This document shows, in pieces, positions 26,563 to 39,572 of a stretch of DNA of 64,000 nucleotides; position 1 is the stretch's first letter; each line of letters starts with the position of its first letter. The position numbers were made by a program, and so were the translations under genes. Under the pieces are notes generated by a model. It made no database searches and had not been told where the DNA came from. It was given only the letters and a program-made list of their open reading frames with translations. This DNA is from the human T2T-CHM13v2.0 reference genome, Homo sapiens: NCBI RefSeq assembly GCF_009914755.1, contig NC_060925.1, one strand, 5' to 3'.

Positions 26563-26586
26563 GTGTGTGTGTGTGTGTGTGTGTGT
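26563..26586. repeat. (GT)n microsatellite
   Basis: Direct read. Confidence 0.95.
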
Positions 26587-26981
26587 TTTCTAGCTCCAGC
26601 TCCCCAGATTCTTGGTCCTGGGCTTCAGTAAGTGCCTTCTTTGTATCTCTCATGGAAAGAACTATGTTGTGGCAGACCCAGAAGGGGAAACTGACCCCCT
26701 CCTTGGAGACCTCAGAAAAGATCTGGGGAAGGGATTTGAGGAGAGAGAGCAAAAGTGGAAGAGGTTGGCACTTGAGTGAGAAGGAACCAGAGCTCTTGTG
26801 TGAAATGAGGAGGGACACTAGCCCCGAGGTGGCAGCATTTCAGAGTCTGGAAATAATATGGATCATTTATTGAGCCCTGTGTAACTACTTCATATGCATT
26901 ATCTAATTTAATCTATGCTACAGCCCCCTGAGATTGGCTGTGTAAATTATCCCCATTTCATGGATGAGAAACTGAGATTTA

Positions 26982-27265
26982 TTTATTTATTTTTTTAGAT
27001 AGGGTCTTGCTCTGCTGCCCAGGCTAGGGTGCAGTGGTGTGATTATGGCTCACTGCAACCTCCTCCTAGGCTCAAGCCATTCTCCTACCTCAGCCTCCTA
27101 AGTAGCTAGGACCACACACACCTGGCTAATTTTCTTTTTTTTCTTTTGGAGAGATGGGTCTTGCTAGGTTGCACAAGCTAGTCTCAAACTCCAAGGCTCA
27201 ACCGCTTCTTACATCTCGGCTTCCCAAAGTGCCGGGATTATAGGTGTGAGCCACTGTACCTGGCC
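26982..27265 (-). mobile_element. AluJ-type element inserted in a minus-strand MIR (~26860-27310)
   Basis: AGGGTCTTGCTCTG...GGCTCAAGC (J-type). TSD AGAAACTGAG(A/G)TTTA within the MIR core. Confidence 0.9.
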
Positions 27266-28989
27266 AAGAAACTGAGGTTTAGATACATTAAGTATCTTAT
27301 TGGTAGTTGTAGGAACCAGTGGATCCCACAGCCTGCACCCTTCTCCTTTGCCAGATCCTACATGCCAGCAGAGACTGATGCTGGACTGGGACAGGGATTT
27401 TCCTGGTCCATAGCAGAATGAGAACTAGGAAGAAAAGGGAGTGAGTATTTCATAAAGGTAAACTCATTCAAATTTAAAAAACAATCCTTTATTCTGAGAT
27501 TCTGTCCTACATTTTTTGGTGTTAAATTGTTTTTCTTTGATGATATGATAAATCTAGTAAATGACTTTTTTCAAGGACTTGGCAAATAAAAAGGTTTGTT
27601 TCTAATATTAAACACAGCCTTGTTACAGGTCCATGAACTACAAATTTGGGAATTATTCTTGTTCCATGCAAGGCTGACTCCTGGAGAGGCCCAGAGCCAT
27701 ACAGAGGCAAAAGAAGCACTGAGAAGGGGTCTAGGGGATAATCCTGAGACCAGGATCTCCCCAAGTGTCAGCTTCCAAATTTGTCTGGTCCCTGGTAGTC
27801 TGGTAGGATTGGAGGCTAGGGTCTTAGATGGCTTGTTCTAACCCGCCTGGGGAGGCTTTCAACCCTCCTTCTTAGCCTGTGCCCTGGGGAACTGCCTGGC
27901 CTAGGGTGGTGAAAAGTGATTGTAGGAGGTGAACTCCATACCAAAGCATCAAAATTACCTTTTATTGAATTCCTACAGTGTGCTTTTCAGGTTAATGTTA
28001 CTCCCATTTTATAGATGAAGAAACCACAGTTGAGAGTTTAAGTAACTTGCTGAAGGGCATACCTGAGGTGTTAGACCCCAGATTCAACCCCTCTTTTGTC
28101 TCCCTCCTAAGCGCCATGAGTGCCCTTCAGCCTGCCTAGAAGAGCCACACCCTGCCTTTCTTAGAGTTAAGGCAGCTGTGGAAGGACAGGAGGGAAGCCT
28201 AGGCCTTTTTTCCTCTCCTGGTGCCTCACTCAGCTCAGCCCCCTTCCCTAGTTCTCAGCCCAGAAATTCCAAGGACACATCTATCTCCCTGCCTTGCTTT
28301 GATGATCATTTGTGAAGCAAAACTTAGATGTCAGGATACATGTTTTAATCAGTGGGGCTGGGACCAGTAAATAATGCCCCTTGTCAGAAGGAGGTTTGGA
28401 AAGCCTCAATCCTTTTCCTCCCACGTTTAGAGTCTTTTATCTTTGTACCTGTATGGTGCTTGGCAATTTTAGCAACTTTTCACATGTACCATTTGATAGA
28501 GAGATACACTCATCCTATGGTGTAGGCAGGAGAGTTGTTTCTCCATTTAATAGATGAGAAAACAGAGACCTAGAGAAGTTAAATAAATTGCAAAGGGGTG
28601 GCAGTTGGTATTGAGGGAAGGGATGGGGACAAATTCCTTAATCTCCCCAATTTCTGGGAGATGTTTCCATCTGAGGCTAGAGACATTTCTCTTCATATGT
28701 CCAGAGATGAGAAAGTTATGCCCCTTCCCGACCTACCAGTTCCTGTCTGGTTTCTTCCCAGGGCCTCTGGACCAGTTTACTTGGCAATCTCCTGGAGGGT
28801 TCTTTGACCTGGAAAAGGATGGGGGTGTGGGGGTGGGTTGTCAGCAGTAGAGGAGAAAGAGGCTGTCATGTCCTTGATCCTCAAATGTGAAACCAGGGAG
28901 GAGGAAGAGGCAATTTCAGAAATCAGGAAAAATAATGGGCTCTCTCAGAGTGGGGGAGAAATCCGTTCACTTTTGTGAAGGGCAATTTT

Positions 28990-29150
28990 GTATTTTACAT
29001 GCATTAGTAACTAATTCAATACTGACATAATTGTTGAAGTTAGGTGTTATCCCCATTTTACAGATGGACAAACAGGGATCCAAAGAAGTTAAGCAGATTG
29101 TCCAAGATGATCCAGCTAGTAAGTGACAGAGCCAGAACTAGAACCCAAGC
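28990..29150 (-). mobile_element. MIR SINE
   Basis: TTATCCCCATTTTACAGATGGACAAACAG...GTCCAAGATGATCCAGCTAGTAAGTGACAGAGCCAGAACTAGAACCCA. Confidence 0.8.
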
Positions 29151-32100
29151 AGGAAAGATGGGGGGGGGGCTGAGGATAATTCCTAGAAGGAAGACTGCAC
29201 ACCTACCTGTTCTGCATTACTGCTGCATGCAAGCGTGTGGATGCAATCTCACTGCATGCATATGCATATGCATATGTATTCACACATGCCTTCATAGTGC
29301 AGCTATACATGCACCCACTTCTTATCCCCATCCCCATACACATCTGGACAGATATCTCTCATCTTTACCCAAGCCTTTTCAGTCACCAGAGCACTAGTGT
29401 GCAACAGTAGTACATTTTTGTGAGTCATTTTTCTTCCAGCCATAGCAGCCCTCCTGTGTCTTTAAAGGCACTACTTTTTGCCTTGCCTTGCATGCCCTGC
29501 ATCCTCTCTGATAGATGCACAAACTGTGAAGTTATGAAAGTTGAGAAAGAAGCTTGGGGTTCCTCATTCTGTAACACTGGTCCCTCTCCATTCTGTAGCT
29601 CCAGCTCTTATACCTTCCTACGTCTGATTGTCAGACAATGCGAACCTAATTAAGTTCTTGGAGCATCCAGGATAAAAGCTGCTGTAGCTCGCAGACATCA
29701 CTGAAGTATGACACTTTTGTTTTTTCTTTCTATCCCACTTACTCTCCCTCTATCAGCTGACTCCAAGCTCCCAGCTTGTCCTTCCCTCCATATTTAATTT
29801 ATTCAGCCACTTTTATTAACCTCTGTTGTCTCCAGGGGCTGCAGTCCTCATCCCTCTCTGCCCTCCTTGAGCCCATTTAACAAAATAGGCATCGTATTGA
29901 AATAAATGAGCCTTGCAGCCAGTCAACCTCCTCAGGATTAAGGGTCTTAAATCCAGGGGTAGAAATCTCCAGAACTCTCTAGCAAATTCCATTAGTTTCC
30001 CAGGAGAGAATGCTGCCGCTTCATTCCTTTTGCAATCTGGCTCTGGAAGGTGATGGGAGACTCACCCAGAATGCTGTGGGTCTTGGGTTTTGAGGCAGGG
30101 AAGGGATAACAGGAACCCGAGTGTCTGGAGGTGTACTCTGTGCCCAGCAGGTTTATCCCAGGAAGCTGTCCCATCCTAGGTCCGCTTCAGAATCGACTAG
30201 GCCATTGGATGCCTTTTCTTTTTGCCCCTTCTTTCCTTCTGAGGCAGTCTGAGGAATATATCTTCACTGAAAGATGTGTGGAAAGAGGAAGGACTTTTGT
30301 TCCTTCATTCAGCGGAAGAGAATTGTGTGCTTACTGTGTGCTGGGCTCCAGTGTTGCAAAGTGAATAATGTACTAGATCTCTGCCCTTGAAGGTCTCACT
30401 TTGTGATTTCAGTGCAAATTACTTAATCTCAGTAGGCCTCAGTTCTCTCTTTCACCAAATCAGGAGAATTATTTTTTTAATCATCAACTGTACATTATTA
30501 TATGCAAAACATACTGGTAGGCATTATGTGGACCAAAAAATATGACAGCAGGTGGTCCTTCCCTTTTAAGAAACTAAGATATACACACATGAAGACTGCT
30601 GGTGGTGCAAGGTGTGGAGTCATTGGTGCCGTGATAGCAGTGTGCAGGTCAGAGCTAGAGAGTCCAGAGAAGGGACTTTGCTGTGGGCTGAAGTGACCAG
30701 GAAGGGCTCCGTGGAGGAAGTGGGGCCCAAGGATGGACAGGACATGGATGTGGCAGGAAGAGGGAGAGCCTTACCAGATGGGCCAGACTTCCGGAACCAA
30801 GATGTTGCTGGTGGGATGTGTGGCGGACACTGAGGCCAGTTGGACTGAGGATTTGGGTTGGTTTGGGAGAAACAGATGAGATGATCCAGAACGGCAGAAT
30901 GGGGACAGACCAGAGGAGGCCTGGAAAAGCCAGGCCAAAGACTTCTTGCAAAGACTCCCCTGTAAGAACTGGGGAGCAATGGATTTCTGTTTTTTAAGCA
31001 GACAAAGGGTGTGTTAAAAACAGGTATAATCCCCATCTCACTTCTCACCAAAGCCTCCCCTCCTCTTAAACACCTCTTCTACTGGAGACACTATGGAAAT
31101 TTATAACCCCTCCAATTAAAAACATGAAAAAAACAGATAACCAAGGTTTGGCCAGGCAGAAGTGAGCAGAAAACCTTAGAGAAATACCAGCTCTGCCTTG
31201 GGAAGTCTCAGATCTGTGACTTGAGCCAGAGAGACTTCGGAAGGATGAGGAAATCTTTTCCTCTGAGAATACTTCAGTATAAGATAAAGATGCCTGGAGG
31301 CAGAGTTCAACGGCAGTAACTGCGAGGAGAGCTCTGCAGCCTGACTCTGAGGCCAGGCTCTTTGTTACCTGTCCCCCCCAAGCTTGGGCCATGTCTACAC
31401 TGCCCAGAGTCAAGGGGAGCCATCTGGTTCCATCAGAGGGCCCATCCGGGTTTAGTCCCTTCAGGGTCAATTCTGGGCCATTTCCACTGGTCTGTGGCCT
31501 TAGATACATGTGCATTTAGGAGCTGAGCCTAAAGATTCTTAAAACCTCTGCTAGGAAGTGAGCTCTGGTTTTTCAAATGGAGTCCTTTGAAGAGGGTCCC
31601 ACCAGGGGGGGTGAGAGCATGTGTTCAACTTATGAGCATTGTTTTTTTAAATGGCTGTGCTGGGCCTAGGCCTGGGAATGAAAAGGTAGGTAAGATTTAG
31701 TCCCTGTTCTTGAGGCACTCTCAGTATGGTGTGGGAGATGGATGTATAAACACATATTGACAATTTTATAAGATAAAGGTTGTGAGAGAGGTATGTGAAA
31801 AATGCTGAAGCCTAACCGTCCAGTGAGGGGGAGCGGAGCAGGGAGCAGGGGCAGGGAGGGGGCCACAGATGTGAGGCTCAGGGGCTGCGGGGCCTCTGGA
31901 ATGTGGTGCCACGAGATATCCAAGCTCTGGACAATCCCCGATTGTACCCCCTGCTCCGGATGGAAGGAGCCGAGGAATCCGAAGGAGTGAACCCTGGTCC
32001 CTCCCAAGGATTATGATTTCCAGGAACAAAGGCAGTTTATATAAAGCACACTTCCCCCAAATCGAATCTCCCAACCTCTTGTGTCCAGTTCCGTACTCTC

Positions 32101-33179
32101 CACCCCCCACTCCCACCCAACAGAGCTGATTTCTAAATTAACTTTGTCCTTGTAATCAGCTTAGCTGAGTTTTTTTTATTATTATTATTTTTCCTCCTCC
32201 TTCCTGAATTCTCCCAGGAACAGCCCGGGGCCTTGCTCGCTCCATTACCCAGCATTGTCAAGCCATGAGTTGCTTTTAACTGCTTCTTCCCATTCGATTC
32301 GCTTAACTGGGAGGTTATTAAAAGGAAAGGAGCAGAGATGGGCAGGCAGGGCAGAGGAGGAGAGAACATAGTAGAGAGAGAAGGCATTTCAAAGGAGCAG
32401 AAACCCAAGGCTAGGCAGGCTGGCAGAATGAAGCCTCTGAGAGAAGTTGAAGTTTTCATCTCTACTCCTGAGTCATCCAGAAGGACATTTCATCGAGACA
32501 GTGGGACTCCTGGGTTTTAATCCAAAACCTTGAGGAATTGACTTGCTCCTCTTTGTCTCAGTCCTCCCCACCACTCCCCACTCTCCCTGGAAATCTACCA
32601 GCTTGACACTGTGGGATGGGATGGGGGACTCCCAGAGGTCCCACACTCCCCTTGATGCCTGACCCTCCCACACACACACACTCGTGGCTGGCTGTGCTGC
32701 CAGCGCCAGAACCCTCCAGCATTCACCCCCGGGGCAGCTACATTGTGGTTGATGTTGGATCCCAGACTGACGTGCCTATCACACAGCACACATCTGGGAA
32801 GTCTCCCTTCACCAGGCAGTGGGCGAAGTGAGAATGCAAACTCATTTTAATGTCAGTTTGAGCCAAATATAATTAGAAAGGAAAATCTCTGACTTTGAAA
32901 AAAAAAAAATCTAATGCATTTCAAAGCCAAGTTGAAATGACTTCTGGATTATCTGCACCGCTGCCACTCTCCATTTATGCAGAAAATCGAGAGGGGAGCC
33001 TGTAAAGTCTGTGCCTGAGGGATTTAGTTTGCACACATTGCCTTTGGTTTCATGCCAGGGTCATGTTTTAAGACTGGCCTTTTTCAACACAACCCGGTTC
33101 CTGGAATTGGGAAGCACCTAGAGTGACCTCCTCACCAGGGGGCCTGTGGCAGAGTCAGCCTCTTTCTCAGAGGGGCTGC

Positions 33180-33350
33180 TTCTGTGTGATCATGACCAAG
33201 TCACTTACTTGGAGCCTCAGTTTTCTCATCTATAAAATGCAAATGATTACGTCTATCTTCTAGGGTTGTTGTGAGGATTGAATGAGAGGACCTATATTAA
33301 GGAACAGTATCTGAAATACAATAAGTACTCAATAAATTATAGTTGTTATT
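33180..33350 (+). mobile_element. MIR SINE
   Basis: GAGCCTCAGTTTTCTCATCTATAAAATG...GGGTTGTTGTGAGGATTGAATGAG...AAGTACTCAATAAAT. Confidence 0.85.
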
Positions 33351-33755
33351 AATATTGCACAGTCCTTGCTTTTTACAGTTTAGTCCAAGGCAGATCTTGA
33401 AAAAACAGACAATAGAAATGAGAGATGAACAAAGAATAGGCCAAATACAGATCAGACTGTTAACTGGGCCAAGGAGGGTGACCAGTGATGTAGGTAATCC
33501 TTGAGCTCTGTTCTCTGGGGTTCAGTGCAGTGGGAGCTTTAGGAGGCAGCACAGTGTAATGGAAAGCACTCTGGTTTAGAATTAGGTCTGTGTCTTGGAT
33601 CTGGAAACTGAATGCTGTTTTGCCCTTTATGAGTCTCAGTTTCCTTATCTGTAAAACAGAGTGATAGCACCCACTTTCCTCTTTTGTAAGTCCTGGAAAA
33701 GCACTCTCAGGACGGTGTACAGTAAGCTTAACCATCATTTTAAACCCTGTCTTTC

Positions 33756-34081
<326 letters not shown>

Positions 34082-34099
34082 TCAACCCAGTGTGTTAGA

Positions 34100-34260
34100 A
34101 CAATGATTCTCAAACTTTAACATGCTTACAAAACATCTGGGGATCTTGTTAAAATGCAGATTCTGACTCACAAAGTCTGGGGTCAGATGGAAGTTCTGTA
34201 TTTGCACCAAGCTCTCGGGTGATGCTGATGCTGCTTGTCCTAGGACCACACCTTGAGGTG
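34100..34260. mobile_element. MER5A-like hAT-Charlie MITE
   Basis: TTCTCAAACTTTA...CTTGTTAAAATGCAGATTCTGACTCA...GGTGATGCTGATGCTGCT...GGACCACAC.TTGAG. Confidence 0.85.
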
Positions 34261-37200
34261 TTAGGGGATGCTTTCCTTGGGGAAATAGATCTTCAACGTT
34301 CTAATGAGAATCAAAAGAAAATAGAATTCATTTAACTGAATTCAGTTTTCAGCCAGCTTAGTTGTATAACAGCCCTGATGGATCATTGATTTGGGAGCAT
34401 TGATATGTTTGTTTTCAGGAAGCAGCTGGTGGGACAAGAGAGTGCACAGAGCTTGCCAGCACGCCCATCCTTAGCCCCAAGATTGTCTTATCTAAGCCCC
34501 TCCCTGCCACCTCACTAGCTCCATGCCACCCACCCCACCCTGCCAAGTCTTCACTCAGGCTGCCAGCTGTGGAGTTGAAAAGCAACCTGCTGGTGTGCTG
34601 GTGGAAACTCATCCATATCGGAGCCAGTCATTTCCACTTTTTTTTTTTTAATGAAAAAAGTCCTCATAATTCATCTCTCAATGGGAGATGTGGGGGAAAG
34701 AATTTTGACAGAGCTTCTGGTCTGGGCCTTGACCCTGTTGGCTTTGGCTTAAAAACTGGGTCATGAGCAAGTTGCATGATTTGGGAAGGAAGGTAGGTCA
34801 TAGACTTAATTGGGTGCATGATTTGGGGGAGCAGTGGGGAACTGTCTTCCGGGCAGGTCAGCATCTCACACTCACATAGACCTCATAATTGTTCAACCCA
34901 CATGATGAGCAAACTCACTCTCTCCCTCCCTTCTCTGCGCGCAGAACCCCAGGCTGTAGAGGGAGATCCACAGGCCAGAGGAGAGAGACTGCCTGCCTTC
35001 AGGGTTCCCTGGTTCTGTGAGAGAAGCCTGGTCCTTATACTTAGGGAATCCTGTCCACTGGGGGAAACAGGAACTCCCATTAATTTTCCTTCACCTGCTC
35101 TTCTCTCCCAGAAAATCAACACACATTTAGCTATCTGCAAGTGTGAATGAGAACACAGGCAAAGTACAGATGGGGCGAGATCAATAGATTGGGCTTCTTG
35201 GAACACAGAACCTGTGGTGAGAAATGAAAGTGGAGTGATGATTCCTTAAGAACCTCAAAATGGACTCTCAAAATGTCTCTCTTTAGGTTGGACTAATTTG
35301 AACCAACCCAGAGACATCAATGTTTGTCCTTTTTCTGAAGAGAAAGGAATTCATTAGTACTCTCTGCTCACTCACTTTGATTTCAAATACTCCCTGGCAA
35401 GCAGGAAGTTCTTCTTTGTGTCTAGCCTGAACCTTCCCTGCTCCTGCATGGAAATTGTCTGATTGGGTATTGTAACTGAACACGTCTCCAGTCTTCTCTG
35501 TGTCTGGATAAATAACATTTTCCACAACAGGTTTATTTTCTCATACTTCAAGGCAAAGCTCCTTGTAATAGAGAAGCAAGCCCAGAGAGGTCATAGGCGA
35601 GACTGCCTCCTGGGCCCCGCGTGAGCCCAAGAAGTTTATCTTGTTAGGGGTCAGATTTGCTTTCCAGCAAACCACCAAGGCTGTCCTCCTACAGTATCCC
35701 CAGCCAGGACCAGGAGAATGATGTTCACAAGAACCTGGCTGAGTCACTGTGCCCTTACCTGTCTAGTGTCCCCTTCTCAGCCGCTCAGAGCAGCTGGGGG
35801 CTGGAGGACTCTGGTGTCCTTCCCATCATTTCTAGCCGATGGCCTGAGGGACCCTCCTCCTCTCTCCACGGGAGCCAGGCTGAGAGCAGTGCTGACATCT
35901 GCTGCTGAAGCCAGCATGTAGGAAAGTGGGCATGGGGGTGATGGCAGAGGTGGGCCTGCCTCACAGCCAGGGCCAGTTTTAGCTTAGGAGCAGGAATGTT
36001 TTCCTCTTGGAATCACTCAGAAGTGTCCTTGTCCCGCCTTGCCAGGGTGGATCCCAAGAGATAGCAGTGTAAGCAGAGAGAGGAGGGGATGGGGTCTGTG
36101 GGATGGGGTGCCTGCCTTTGGGGATCTCCTAGTCTGATGAAGGAGTGTGGGCATTTTCCTGGGATACTGAACCGTATAAGTGCAAACTCAACTGTAAACT
36201 TGAACTTGAGGCAGGAGACTTGGTTTCTGTTACCAGCTAGCTAACTATAATGGGGGGACATGGGTTCCCATCTTCCCCAGTGTATAAACACCTATAAAGA
36301 TCATTTAAATAAGGGAAGATTTTGGACCCTGTTGTGCATCTGCACAGAAGAAGATAGAAAGAGACACTGGAGCTGGGTCATCAGCGAGGGACGTTTCCTC
36401 AGAAGGGGTGGAGGGAAGGGAACCTGGGCCCAGGTGGAAGGAGGACACCAGGTGGAGCCCATGAGAGAAGTGAAGACGATTCTTATAGGGGGTCTAATAG
36501 AATGGGGTGGGGCCGGAAGGAGGTCGCCCAGTGAGGGCTGTGTGGGCTGGAGGGTCTGGAGGCTGAGAGCTGCGGTATGGCTTTGTCAAATGTGGTCCCT
36601 GCAGCATTCACACTGGCCAGGTGACATGCTTTGCACACACACAGGCAGAGCCCCCCGACACCTCAGGAGAGGACTGGGGTGGAATGTAAGCCCTCTGAAG
36701 AAGAAGAGCTCGTGTGTCTGGGGGGAGAGTGCAGCATGGGCAGCCTGTCCTGGAGTTAAACCGGGCTTCAGCTTGGAGCCTGCTTGTGGGCAGCCTGGGT
36801 TTGCTTGAGGATAGTGCACCCTTTAAGGGTAGGAGGGTAGGACAACTATGGCCCGGAGTCCTGGAAGTGCAGCTAGCCCTGCAGCTGGCCATCCACCAGC
36901 AGCCCCTGTGCCCTGGCTTCTCTCTGCCCCCGAGCCGGATGCTCCCCGCTCCTGCTGTCCTTCCCTGTCTGTTGGTCTGTCACTCTGCAGGAGTGAAGTG
37001 CGCCCTGCTCCTGAAGCATTTGGAGCTTGATAATTTGTGGATTATAGCTAACTCTCGATAAAGATTCCCCTAATTGCTTGGCTCACCTCAGGTTCTATCA
37101 TCAAAGCAAAGCCGGGAGGCCCCCCTCTCGCCCTCCTTTTCTTTTTATTATCTCTTAATTAATCATTCTGGCTTTCACACTTAGCAGATAATTACAGTCT

Positions 37201-39417
37201 CCTGGGCACGCAGCTCATTTTCATAACCTCCTGCTCCTAGCCGGCAGCGAAGGGGGTGGGGAGGAAGAGGGAGAGAAGGGGAGAGTGGGAAGAGACATGT
37301 TGGAGGAAGGGGGCGGGGCGCAGTGAGAAGAAAGGGACACTTGGGGTGGTAAGGCAGCCTGGGAGCCAGAACCCCTGGGCTGCCCAGCAGGCCCCAGGGG
37401 TCTCTGCCAGAAGGCAGGAGGCTGTGCCCCTTGGGGAGGCCTCACCTGGTCCACAGTGCTGGCTGCTGGCACAGGCTTTATCCCCGGAGCTCCCCTGGCC
37501 TGCCCTAGGGGTACAGCAGGAGATGTGTATAGGTTGGTGGCCAGAAAGCTTAGTGAAGAGCAGGAGATAGTCCCCAGTGAGGTTCAGTCAACCGTGTGCT
37601 GGGAAGTCGAGAATCGCTGTGATAGGGAAAGGAAGGGCAGGGCCACCATCACAACAGGACCTGGACCCTGGCCTGGGAACTTTTCTGTTTGTGGGGAGCA
37701 GGACACCTCTCCTGAGGCTTGAGCCCCTGGAAATGACCAGGGAATGATCACTCAGTAGTAGGATCAGATGAAGAGAGAAAGGGCTCACCTTTACTCAGCA
37801 CCATGTGGGAGCTGCGCCAGGTGTTTCACAGTGTGCTCATCATGCCCGTTTTAGAGATGAAGAAAACCATGGCTCAGAGAGCGCCTGTCATTTGTTCGAG
37901 TCACAACAAATTAAATCCAGGTCTGTCTGGTTAGTTGTAAAGGTCATGTTCGTACCACCCAATGGCCCTGTCTCCATGGGGTCAGCACAGGACAGGATGT
38001 AATGGAAAAAGGGAGGGAGGGGACACCATTCCTGCTGGGCCCTCCCCTCTGGACCCAGCAGATGGTCAGCTCTGCTGTCACCTCGGGGCTTTCCTTGGGC
38101 TTTCATCCCAGAGATAAACAGAAAGGACACCCGTCCAGATGATGAATTGAGAGGCCCAAGAGACAGAAACCTTTGCCCGTGAGTTGGACACACAGTTGGA
38201 CCAGGGGACCCTAATCTCTAGTGTGTCTCGTGTCTGTCCCTCGTTCCTGTTCCTCAGCAGTTCTTTGTGCCCCAAGCTTCTTCAGGTCCCCGAGAAGCGG
38301 ATGGGGGACATGGAAAAGTCCTTCTTTCCCTGGACATATTGAATTTTCTTTCATGACCCTAGTCCAGTGTGCCTGGTTTTTAGAATTAAATGAGGTGGAT
38401 CCTACTTCTTTGCCATTAACTAGCAGTGAGATCCTGGAATATAAACTTTGAGTCTCAATTTCTTCATTGGTAAATGGGAATCTTGAAAAGACTGGTGACA
38501 GTATATGCAAAACAGAGCCTCTGACCCATGATAGGTGCTTAACAAATGGTGGCTGTTGTTACTACTACCATTATTATTACCACCATACATGAAAGCACCT
38601 GGCTTAGCAGACAGCACATAAAGCAAGTTAGTTTCTTAACAAGTTTGTGAGGGAGGGAGGGTCCTTTTGTTCTACTTCCTCGAAAAAGGAGGGAAGGCAC
38701 ACAATTTCTACCTTGTGCTGCTTCTAGGGTGTGCTATTGAGAAAAGTCATGGCAGCCTGTTCTGGTATAATTCTTCTTTCCACAAATAAATTGCCTGTTC
38801 AAGCTGGGGCTGCTTCTGGCTGAAAGCTCATTGGCACCCAGCTCCAAGCAAGGCTGATCTTGCCTCTGCCGCCTGCCAGACCTCAGATTGCCCACCTCAA
38901 GCCTGTGTGCCAAAGGGTTAAACATAGCGAGTTAAACATAAAAGGGTTAAACATATCACATGGCTTGCAACTTCTGACTCAGCTTCTGGTTTCCTGGGCA
39001 TTACAATAGGAACATCTATATTCAGGAGGCAGTATGGAAAGAGCACTGGATTGCAGGTCTAGATGTGGATTTTAGCCCCATTTGTGCCTCTACTGGAGAG
39101 ACCTTACTCAGTGACCTGGGCCTATTTTCTTATCATAAAATGAGAAGGTTAATTTCCAAGATTCTTTCTGGCTGCACAGTTTTCCAACTCCTTCCTATCC
39201 GGTAAGAGTTCATGAAAAGGACTGGCTCTTCCCAAATGAGGCCCTGGATCTCTCTGATTTGGTTTATAAGCCAAGGCCAGAGGTACTGATTTCAGAGGGC
39301 CAGAGCAGGGGTATCCCAGGAGCAGCGTTTGCTCAGGAACCAGGGTGGAAGCAAACATTTCATGCATCTTCAGATCTGGTCTGAACTTGGGGTAAGGAGA
39401 GCAGGAGTCCCCACCAT

Positions 39418-39419
<2 letters not shown>

Positions 39420-39457
<38 letters not shown>

Positions 39458-39486
39458 CACACAGTCCTGAGAATGTCACACACATG

Positions 39487-39559
<73 letters not shown>

Positions 39560-39572
39560 TCCTGAGAATGTC
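39420..39572. repeat. Duplicated unit [(CA)n + GTCCTGAGAATGTC] x2, with (CA)17 and (CA)33
   Basis: GTCCTGAGAATGTC at 39464 and 39559. CA runs at 39421-39454 and 39491-39556. Confidence 0.95.

Noticed and set aside
39420-39572. Repeat-spacer-repeat pattern superficially like a CRISPR array
   Set aside because: Only two 14-bp repeats separated by a CA microsatellite, in mammalian DNA with no cas genes.
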